Shown here piece after piece: positions 17,807-25,428 of a stretch of 64,000 bases of DNA. A program made the translations under genes and the position numbers. The DNA is from a virus. The DNA lies in IMG/VR virus record IMGVR_UViG_3300045988_093856, positions 1 to 64,000 of that record. One strand, written 5' to 3'. The stretch's first letter is position 1. Every line of letters begins with the position of its first letter. The notes under the pieces were generated by a model. That model saw nothing but the letters and a program-made list of their open reading frames with translations, ran no database searches and was not told the origin of the DNA.

Positions 17807-17908
17807 TCATGCCTCCAGTGCTTTTTCCACTGCTTCTCTGTACTTTTCCGGTACATCTTCGATCGTTTTTCTCCCCGCTTTGATAAGGGTTACATACAAA
17901 TCTACCAT
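17807..17908 (-). CDS. Second CD1375-like paralogue (33 aa; not in the ORF track)
   Basis: MVDLYVTLIKAGRKTIEDVPEKYREAVEKALEA*. Its stop overlaps the next start (ATGA). Confidence 0.5.
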   Translation of the reverse strand: MVDLYVTLIKAGRKTIEDVPEKYREAVEKALEA

Positions 17909-17924
17909 CTTCCTACCTCCCTTC

Positions 17925-18284
17925 TCACTGCATACTCTCATACAGATCGGCAATCGCTTCCATGATAACTAACTGGTTTTCCTGGAGGGCCATCTGTTGT
18001 TCAAACGTATCTGCAATCGCTTCCATGAGCACCAGATTGTTTTCCACTAACTCTTTCTGCGAAAGACTTCCGCACGCAGCGAGTTCTTTCTGGTATTCTG
18101 CGTATTCTGCCAGTGTGAGTTTCGCTTCTTCATACTTCCATACGAGAACCGTCTGATCCCCGGACTCTTTTTCGATCTGCGTGATATTTCTACGAAGATA
18201 AACCACGCAAGGACTTGATTTTGCGTCAACTTCATCCGGCTTTTTTGCCTGTGTCCCTTCTACTGCAATCCACTTTATTTCCAT
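17925..18284 (-). CDS. XkdW-like tail-fibre-associated protein
   Basis: 119 aa with an internal repeat (NNLVLMEAIADTFE / NQLVIMEAIADLYE); position is downstream of the fibre genes. Confidence 0.4.
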   Translation of the reverse strand: MEIKWIAVEGTQAKKPDEVDAKSSPCVVYLRRNITQIEKESGDQTVLVWKYEEAKLTLAEYAEYQKELAACGSLSQKELVENNLVLMEAIADTFEQQMALQENQLVIMEAIADLYESMQ

Positions 18285-19554
18285 CCTTGTTCAACCTCCT
18301 TTGGTTTTTGCTTACTACCTTTTTCAACTTCTTGACTTCGACAATCGGCTTTATCCGATCTTCATACATTCCGTAAGTATCAGTATGGTATATCCATCCC
18401 ATAGATGATAAGAGAGAAGCGGCATCTTTCGGATTGATTTTGTCTTGCTTTGAAATCTGCCTTGCCTTTTTATTCAGTCTGAGCATAATGCTCTCCCTCA
18501 TAATCGTTTTGTTCCTATGGAACTCGAACCCCATATAATCGAGGGGTCTGCCGTGTATCGTGGTAACAACTTTTATTTCTGCATGATACTTATTAACAAC
18601 ATCTTCAAATGCCTTAGCCTTTGTCTTTACAGAAGCCACCTTAACGAAGATTTTTCTATGGCCTTTGTGGACTTTTGACTTATACCTAATTCTTAACTTT
18701 TCCAAATCTTTCCCTAGGTTCTCTAATTCATTCAGGTGTACGCATTGGATGGCGTACTCTTCTACTTCATATTCAAACCTGAATACCTGCCAATTCCCTT
18801 TGAGTTTAAGATGCAGCTCTGTTTCGAGGTAACTGCTGATTGCTTCTCTGACTTTATGCAATTCTTTCTTATTGCGACCGAAACATACTATATCGTCCAT
18901 GTATCGAGTCATGTACTCAATGTGTAGGACTTCCTTTATGTAATGGTCTAAAGGTTGTAAAAGGAAATTCGCAAACCATTGTGAGGTATAGAAACCAAGA
19001 GGCAGCCCCATTTCTATCGCATCAATTATTAAAAACAATAGCTCCAGAATATATTCGTCTCTGAATTTTTTCGTCAGCCATGCTTTCAAAATATCGTGAT
19101 CTACCGATTCAAAGAAATGGCGTATATCCATTTTCAAAACGTACTTTGTTGCGGTGGGGTCTGTGCGAATCCACTTTGTTATCCGCTTCGCTCCCATGTG
19201 CTGTCCTCTGCCGGGAATTGAACCGAGAACGTAATCATACATTCCTGATTCTATGCCGGGTCTGATTGCTTGAACAACAACGTGGTGGACCACTTGCTCA
19301 TATTTGAAATTGGGTTTTACTATTGTACGTTCTTTAAGATAATTCCTCTCGTTTATTTTGACTGATGGATGCTTGCTCGGCTTGAACTCTCCGTTATACA
19401 ACATCTCTTGGACTTTCTTTATCTCGTCCTCCAGATTATCAAGCACTTTCTTCACATCCGCCCTGTTTCTCTTTCCTTTCGATGGTTTCAGGAAGGACCG
19501 TTCAATGCTATCGTGGGATAGCATATCTTCTTGATTGACACGAAAACTTTTCAT
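18232..19554 (-). CDS. DGR reverse transcriptase
   Basis: LPLGFYTSQ ([ILV]GxxxSQ, DGR-type motif 4) and YMDD (motif 5); lies directly downstream of the TR. Confidence 0.9.
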   Translation of the reverse strand: MKSFRVNQEDMLSHDSIERSFLKPSKGKRNRADVKKVLDNLEDEIKKVQEMLYNGEFKPSKHPSVKINERNYLKERTIVKPNFKYEQVVHHVVVQAIRPGIESGMYDYVLGSIPGRGQHMGAKRITKWIRTDPTATKYVLKMDIRHFFESVDHDILKAWLTKKFRDEYILELLFLIIDAIEMGLPLGFYTSQWFANFLLQPLDHYIKEVLHIEYMTRYMDDIVCFGRNKKELHKVREAISSYLETELHLKLKGNWQVFRFEYEVEEYAIQCVHLNELENLGKDLEKLRIRYKSKVHKGHRKIFVKVASVKTKAKAFEDVVNKYHAEIKVVTTIHGRPLDYMGFEFHRNKTIMRESIMLRLNKKARQISKQDKINPKDAASLLSSMGWIYHTDTYGMYEDRIKPIVEVKKLKKVVSKNQRRLNKDGNKVDCSRRDTGKKAG

Positions 19555-19704
19555 ATCTTTCTTATTGCCTCACGGTTTCTGGGCGGTGACCGCTTACTGA
19601 ACCGTGCCTTTACCGGCGTAATTTCCACTGGTTAGCATTATTTCAAATGCCTGCGGTGTAGGAAAATGGTGTCCTTGGTTAATCTTCCAATTTTATAAGA
19701 ATTA

Positions 19705-19807
19705 GGCAGCCCCGATGTTCCAGTTGGAATTGGACACAAGATTGTTCAGATTCACGCACGAACCGCCGCAAAGGAAACCATTGTTGCAGTTGCCGCCGAC
19801 AATCGCA
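19705..19807 (-). repeat. DGR template repeat (TR)
   Basis: 103 bp aligned by hand to 19930-20032. There are 13 mismatches, every one at a TR T on the plus strand (A on the coding strand). Confidence 0.9.
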
Positions 19808-19869
19808 CGAAGCAAGGCACAGGGCGGACACCAAATCCCCTAAAATTTTCTATATTCGTCTAAGTATGG

Positions 19870-19908
19870 CGGGGGAAATCCCCCGGACCCCCTATGCGGC
19901 TATGCCGC
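19870..19908 (-). promoter_or_regulatory. Two GC hairpins just 3' of the VR (candidate DGR target-recognition element)
   Basis: GCGGC-ATA-GCCGC (19896-19908, spanning the stop codon) and CGGGGG-ATTT-CCCCCG (19870-19885). Confidence 0.45.
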
Positions 19909-21471
19909 TAAAGGCTGTTCACAAGAAAGGGCAGCCCCGATGGCCCAGGAGGAATAGGACACAAGATTGGCCAGAGACACGCACGAACCGCCGCAAAGGA
20001 AACCAGCGTCGCAGTGGCCGCCGACAATCGCATAATCTACTTGGCTGGCATTATACCAACCGCCATCGCAAGTGTAGGTGGTCTGGCTTCCCGACATTGT
20101 TACCGGTAATCTTCCCTGATCCGTCATTTTGGTAACAGAGCAATAACCTCCGCTTGTTCCTCCCATAGTCACTCCGGTATCTGTGTAACCATCTCCGGTC
20201 GTGTTGTACTCAGGAGTCATTTTGGTTTTAATCTTTCCGCCAACATACATCAGGCCGGCAATTCTTTCCCAAGCGTTACCCCACCAGTTCTCAATGTGGA
20301 ATACCTTAACACCTACGCCAGTTCCGTTTGTTCCGTAGAATCTTCCTTTGTCTGATAACGTACCGGTTTTAAGCAGATTGGATGCCTGAGAACCGCCTGT
20401 GTAATGTCCGTTTCCGTAGGTTGTCTGGAAATCGTCTGAGCATCCCATGAGAATCAAAAGCATATTGATAAGGTTTCTCTGGGACCAGCTTCTTGTGTAC
20501 CAGAGACTTCCGTTTGCCTTTGCGTAGGTAATCTCATTCGTACCTGTCTGGGTGTTCATGGTGGTTTGTCCCTTAATTGAACGAACTTTATTGCTTATAA
20601 GGGAGCCGTCAAAGCAAGAAAGCCAAATGTAATCCATAATACTTCCATCGGCACGTGTATGAGCATACGCATTGAATGTCTCGTCTAACTGGATGTTGCA
20701 AACCTGACAATATTCGTAGTTTTCATCTTCCCACTGCTTAATCCACACTCTTGGAATTTTTGAGCACGCATTTCCCTCAAATGAAGTATTACTTACATCG
20801 GAGGCTGTGCCGTCTAATTTCTTTGTGTAATCGTCAGGATCGAGCTTGTACTTTTCTTCTCCGTCATAGCCAACCATCGCCGGATAGTTGTCCTGGAGGA
20901 AGAAAACATCATCAGGATTCCAACTACCATAATCAAACTTGCCTGTCGAATAGTCCATGTGCGCCGGGGTAAATCCTTCTGCCATATCTGTGTAATGGAC
21001 TCTGGTTGCCGGGTTGCTATCGTTTTTGTCGATCTTAAATCCGTATAAGATATATGCTTTAGGGGTAGTGGACTTCGCATTTGCAATATTGCAGTTATAT
21101 ACTCCGTGATCCGAATAAATGAAAAACCTGTAAAAATACTCCGTGTCGTTCTCTAATCCAGAATCGACATAAGGGGTTTTTGCGTATTTCCCAAGTTCCT
21201 CATTTACTAAGACCACTGTTCCGTCCTTTATGTTCTCCGGCATGGCCCCTTGTTTCCTCACAACCGCTACGCCCTTAACCGTGCATACCAACTGATCGTC
21301 TATGACGGTATCATCGGGTTCTGTGAATGTGATCTTTGCGCATCCATCGCCCGGCTGAATTGTAAGGCTCTTTAAGTTTGATGGCGGGATTCCTGTGTGC
21401 GAATCTCCCATGGATTCTATTCCAGAAAGTACCTCGTCAACAATGTATGTTGCCTGTGCATAATCACTCAT
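19900..21471 (-). CDS. Distal tail fibre / receptor-binding protein; DGR target with a C-terminal variable (C-type-lectin/FGE-like) region
   Basis: 523 aa. It is the last structural gene before the RT, and the VR encodes ..GGHCDAGFLCGGSCVSLANLVSYSSWAIGAALSC. Confidence 0.85.
   Translation of the reverse strand: MSDYAQATYIVDEVLSGIESMGDSHTGIPPSNLKSLTIQPGDGCAKITFTEPDDTVIDDQLVCTVKGVAVVRKQGAMPENIKDGTVVLVNEELGKYAKTPYVDSGLENDTEYFYRFFIYSDHGVYNCNIANAKSTTPKAYILYGFKIDKNDSNPATRVHYTDMAEGFTPAHMDYSTGKFDYGSWNPDDVFFLQDNYPAMVGYDGEEKYKLDPDDYTKKLDGTASDVSNTSFEGNACSKIPRVWIKQWEDENYEYCQVCNIQLDETFNAYAHTRADGSIMDYIWLSCFDGSLISNKVRSIKGQTTMNTQTGTNEITYAKANGSLWYTRSWSQRNLINMLLILMGCSDDFQTTYGNGHYTGGSQASNLLKTGTLSDKGRFYGTNGTGVGVKVFHIENWWGNAWERIAGLMYVGGKIKTKMTPEYNTTGDGYTDTGVTMGGTSGGYCSVTKMTDQGRLPVTMSGSQTTYTCDGGWYNASQVDYAIVGGHCDAGFLCGGSCVSLANLVSYSSWAIGAALSCEQPLAA
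19930..20032 (-). repeat. DGR variable repeat (VR) in the 3' end of the fibre gene
   Basis: See the TR entry. All 13 variable positions fall on codon positions 1 or 2 of the 19900-21471 frame. The shared 3' end ATCGGGGCTGCC is the putative IMH. Confidence 0.9.
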
Positions 21472-21559
21472 TAAGTAAATACCTCCTTTTTCTTTGCAGT
21501 CTTAATTGCCATTTCTTTACCTCCTGTTCGGATTAACGTTTTATGATTAAGCATTGCGC

Positions 21560-22342
21560 CTAAGCACCGGTATTACTATCGTCTGAGTAAGTGTACGCTG
21601 CCAATCCAGAGACTTCGTACTTTTCTACTATCCGTTTGTTTTCTGTCTCTGTTGCCGGAATGATAGTTGTTGTCTTGATATACTTGGACGAATCGGCTTT
21701 GACTGTGACTGTCTGAGTAATCGTTTTATTTCCAGATTCATCGTAACCGTTTACTGTGGTAATCACAGCTTCATCGCTTTCCTGAACAATGCTTTTATCC
21801 GGCAGAAACTCCGTGGTCTGATTAACAAGTCCCATGTAATGACGAAACTCTTTCTCTGCCAGGCTTTCAATCTGCAACTGCAGGCTTCCGGCAGCATCCT
21901 TTGAAAGCTGATCTTTCATCATTGCAAACCACTGTGAAAACAGCGCTTCTTGCATTTTCTCGAAATCATCCAAATCTGCTCCGTAATCGGTTTTGATCTG
22001 GCTGATAACCTTATCTGCTTCTTCTTCCAGTGTCGCAACATAATCTTCGAGACCACTCAATGTACTGTCTGCGTTCTTCTCGAACTCAGTCTTTTGTGTA
22101 TCGAAGAATTGAGTAAATACTTCGTACAAATCTGTACCCTGTTCCAATGCTGCTAAGATGGCATTGACAGCAGTATTGATTTTATTTGCATCCTTCGCTC
22201 CAAAAAACGCTTCTTCGTACACGGAGTATGTCGTTACATCTCTCAGCGAGATTGTGCCGTCTGAGTTCTTGATCTCAGTGTACTTTTTAAGCCCGTCCCA
22301 GACCGCATCCTTATAATCTGTTCTCAGTAATTCCCATGCCAT
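21560..22342 (-). CDS. Tail fibre/baseplate-associated structural protein
   Basis: 260-aa ORF in the tail-tip cluster. Confidence 0.55.
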   Translation of the reverse strand: MAWELLRTDYKDAVWDGLKKYTEIKNSDGTISLRDVTTYSVYEEAFFGAKDANKINTAVNAILAALEQGTDLYEVFTQFFDTQKTEFEKNADSTLSGLEDYVATLEEEADKVISQIKTDYGADLDDFEKMQEALFSQWFAMMKDQLSKDAAGSLQLQIESLAEKEFRHYMGLVNQTTEFLPDKSIVQESDEAVITTVNGYDESGNKTITQTVTVKADSSKYIKTTTIIPATETENKRIVEKYEVSGLAAYTYSDDSNTGA

Positions 22343-22344
22343 AA

Positions 22345-22785
22345 TTAAATACCTCCATTCGTCCCAAGTAGAAACTGAAACATTCTGCGCCCATCATATT
22401 GGTTAATGAGCTTGTTGTATAAGCTCAATGTTGCACTTTCGATTCTGTTGAGTTCGGTATAATCGAATATCTTTCCTTGTGGCGAATAGGTTCTCGGATC
22501 GCCAAAATCAATTCCCACGGTATTCTGTGAGATAATTTCCAGATTGTTTTCTATCGCGTTGATTTCATCTGCATACGGATATTCGCTTTTCCCTTTGTCT
22601 TGGCCCATGTCTGATATTGCAAAGTCCGGGTAAATGGTCTGGGCTATATGGTGCAAATAATTGAGATTATTCTTAATTCGGTTATAATCTTCCGAATTAA
22701 AGCGATCCCCAAAATACACGCCATTTCCATCCGTATAGCCGTACCAATCTATTTTAGGTTCAATCCATGTGTATGTTTCACTCAT
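22345..22785 (-). CDS. Tail-tip-associated protein (146 aa)
   Basis: ORF with tight packing. Confidence 0.55.
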   Translation of the reverse strand: MSETYTWIEPKIDWYGYTDGNGVYFGDRFNSEDYNRIKNNLNYLHHIAQTIYPDFAISDMGQDKGKSEYPYADEINAIENNLEIISQNTVGIDFGDPRTYSPQGKIFDYTELNRIESATLSLYNKLINQYDGRRMFQFLLGTNGGI

Positions 22786-22796
22786 TCCGCCACCTC

Positions 22797-25037
22797 CTAT
22801 CGCTTATCGGGGCGCGTCTCTATGGATCGGCGCGCTACAACTTTGCCGGATAATGATTGCGCAAACTTTATTGTGTGCCTATAAATGTTGACTTTAAGAC
22901 CAGGGCGATAAGGATTTTCCTGATATACAATGTCGTTTGCATCTATCTCTGGATTTCCTCTTGTCGGGTATTCATATTCGATTTCCGCATCATAGTAATC
23001 TCCGAGCCAATTTGCCAAATCCTGTGCTACTTCCATATCGCTTATTAAAGGATTCTGCCATGGTATTGTCTTGCCTCGATTATTGAGTACCCTTGTGGCT
23101 GTCTGCTGCACGATGTTATATCTGTTTCCAAGAATTTCAATCTGCCCTTTGCCGGACGCTTTGAAACGTATTTCCACATAGTAAGCTCCAGAGGACAGGA
23201 TTTCTACATTCGATGCCGAATCAAGGAACTTCGCAGAGTAGTTGTAAACAGCTTCTCCCATGTAATAAACCGCAGTCTGTCCCGCCGTGACCTCTATATC
23301 ATCACTTACCAATGTTTCTGTTGTGGCAGAGGCATTGTAACTGTAGCAGGCAACATCAATCCTCTTGACAAGCTCCTGTTTTATGGCTTTCGGAGATGCG
23401 GTCATATCCAATCTTTCCATTGTGAAATCTGCAATATCTCCGAACGTAAAATAGTTCACGATGATTCTGTTGAATGGATTGGCAGTCTTTGTAAACTCTA
23501 TCTCCATTACATCGAAATCATCGAACTGCTCATGGATAATCGTACTGTCTGTGATTTTATCTGCGGTAACGACCATGTTCTGTACAGGGGCTCCGTTATT
23601 GTATGTTCGCACCAGAAATTCTCCGGGCAGTGCCGATCCGAAATCTATCCTGAAACCGTAATATGTGCATACGGACTCTTGCGTGATAGTAATGATCGGA
23701 TTTGTTTCAAACGTGCAATCTTCCGCGGACTGACACTCAGAAACATAACCGGTGTACAAATCTGCTTCTGATAGATTTTTCGGAAGAAAATAATGGTGCT
23801 GATCCACTCTGGTATAGTCCTGTGAATATGCGGCGTATTCGTCTTTTTCCACAGGGCTTTTGATGTTCCCTATGTTGGAATACTCTGCCTCTCCATTACA
23901 CCCAACCGTTATCTCGGGTAAGAAAGATGATTTTATCTGAGGTATTCCATCTCTATTCTGACTGAAAACACATCTTCCGGCATTTGCGATAATCTGCAAT
24001 GCTTCTTTGTGCTTTACTCTCGGAAGTGGGTTCTTTGTTATAATCTTTTTGAGGTATGGATCAATGTAATATGACTCAACACCGGCATCTATGAATACCA
24101 GCTCTGCAAGATCGTAGAGACTTATGCCCTCTGGTCTATATACGCCCTTATAGTATTCTCCGTCCATTGTGCCGAGCATATCTTCGCATCTTATCGTTGC
24201 TGAATAATCATCGCTTTCCCATGCGCTACATAGCAACTTTCCACCTTTAACCCACTCGATCTCCCCTGATGATGGCAGTTGATAACCATAGAAAATCTCC
24301 ATTTCCTGTCCGGTTTCAAGGAAGTTGATCGCCGACTTCGGATTATCAACATTGAAATACTGATTGTAGTTCTGCAACTTCACATAGAAATCAATCTGAG
24401 AAACATTTTCAGAGATTGGGGATATGTAGGTCTCTAAAGAGGAATCCAGAATATCCTTGTTGTCATATACAAGACCGAATCCCATCTGTATGGAATAAAT
24501 TCTGAGCCTCGTATAGTCGTTTTTCATTTTATAAAACACAAACTTTATGAATGTGGTATTTTCAAGGACTTCCTGGGTGTTCCATTCTCCGGTATCGTTC
24601 CCCCGGATTTCAAAAAGCTGTCCGCTTTCGGTTATGACATCGAAATCTACCGGGTATATTTCTCCGAAATCCACGGATATTCCTTTTATGTCAGTGGCCG
24701 ATATATTCAGATTGATTAAAAGCGTATAACCTTCTTCCCCAACAAGCGGGTTTCCGATAAGTCCGGTTTCGTAATATGCGTAATTCTGTGTCGGGCGCGG
24801 CAGAAAATACATGGACCCGTCCACTTTAGTAAAATCCTGTTCAAAGGTTGCATATATGATCTCGTCTGTGCTTTTGCCGAAAATGTTTTTACTTGAATAG
24901 TAAGTGAAATCGTCCCCGGCTACCTTTGCGTTTGCCTGCGCCTCCTGATTTACCAGACCGAATGAAACCATCATGTATGAGCGTTCGCGCAACAGATTTT
25001 TCATGCTTTTTTTGTATTCATTTGAAACATTTTGCAT
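22797..25037 (-). CDS. Tail-tip / Tal-like minor structural protein
   Basis: 746 aa, two genes after the tape measure, which is the typical siphovirus Tal position. Confidence 0.65.
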   Translation of the reverse strand: MQNVSNEYKKSMKNLLRERSYMMVSFGLVNQEAQANAKVAGDDFTYYSSKNIFGKSTDEIIYATFEQDFTKVDGSMYFLPRPTQNYAYYETGLIGNPLVGEEGYTLLINLNISATDIKGISVDFGEIYPVDFDVITESGQLFEIRGNDTGEWNTQEVLENTTFIKFVFYKMKNDYTRLRIYSIQMGFGLVYDNKDILDSSLETYISPISENVSQIDFYVKLQNYNQYFNVDNPKSAINFLETGQEMEIFYGYQLPSSGEIEWVKGGKLLCSAWESDDYSATIRCEDMLGTMDGEYYKGVYRPEGISLYDLAELVFIDAGVESYYIDPYLKKIITKNPLPRVKHKEALQIIANAGRCVFSQNRDGIPQIKSSFLPEITVGCNGEAEYSNIGNIKSPVEKDEYAAYSQDYTRVDQHHYFLPKNLSEADLYTGYVSECQSAEDCTFETNPIITITQESVCTYYGFRIDFGSALPGEFLVRTYNNGAPVQNMVVTADKITDSTIIHEQFDDFDVMEIEFTKTANPFNRIIVNYFTFGDIADFTMERLDMTASPKAIKQELVKRIDVACYSYNASATTETLVSDDIEVTAGQTAVYYMGEAVYNYSAKFLDSASNVEILSSGAYYVEIRFKASGKGQIEILGNRYNIVQQTATRVLNNRGKTIPWQNPLISDMEVAQDLANWLGDYYDAEIEYEYPTRGNPEIDANDIVYQENPYRPGLKVNIYRHTIKFAQSLSGKVVARRSIETRPDKR

Positions 25038-25043
25038 AAATCA

Positions 25044-25415
25044 TCACTCTCCGCAATCAATCAGGTTTACCTTACAATGCTGATACGTTATGGGGTTTCC
25101 GTCTGCATCCATCCAATAAGGTTCTGCCGTTCTATCTCCTGGGTACATTTTTATGGTTATCTTTTTGTTCGTAACCATATCTGGAAATGTGACATATACA
25201 AAAAATCCACTCAGTGCTTGCAGCATACGGCTCCATTCATCAGCCATAAGCCACGGCCATTCGAGAGAATCGAGTTTGTGTTGATCTCTGCCTACCTTTT
25301 GCCCTACCACAGTTCCGTTGGCGTTCCTACCGGCATCTACCATAGTAGACACCGTAGGTTTAGCGCCACGCTTCGGGGGCGGAAAGTCGTACCCATTTAC
25401 TGATATATAAGCCAT
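25044..25415 (-). CDS. Distal tail (Dit-like) protein, short form
   Basis: Start MAYISVNG follows AAGGAGG; lies immediately after the tape measure gene. Confidence 0.5.
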   Translation of the reverse strand: MAYISVNGYDFPPPKRGAKPTVSTMVDAGRNANGTVVGQKVGRDQHKLDSLEWPWLMADEWSRMLQALSGFFVYVTFPDMVTNKKITIKMYPGDRTAEPYWMDADGNPITYQHCKVNLIDCGE

Positions 25416-25428
25416 TCCACACCCCTCC

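Noticed and set aside
17925-18284. The 119-aa ORF overlapping the RT 3' end as the missing DGR Avd.
   Set aside because: It lies downstream of the RT, not between target and TR. It has an internal repeat and a tail-fibre-associated (XkdW-like) look, with no basis for a basic four-helix bundle.
19866-20135. 89-aa Arg-rich plus-strand ORF over the VR.
   Set aside because: It is antisense to the 3' end of the 523-aa fibre gene and to the VR, and it is a product of GC-rich sequence composition.
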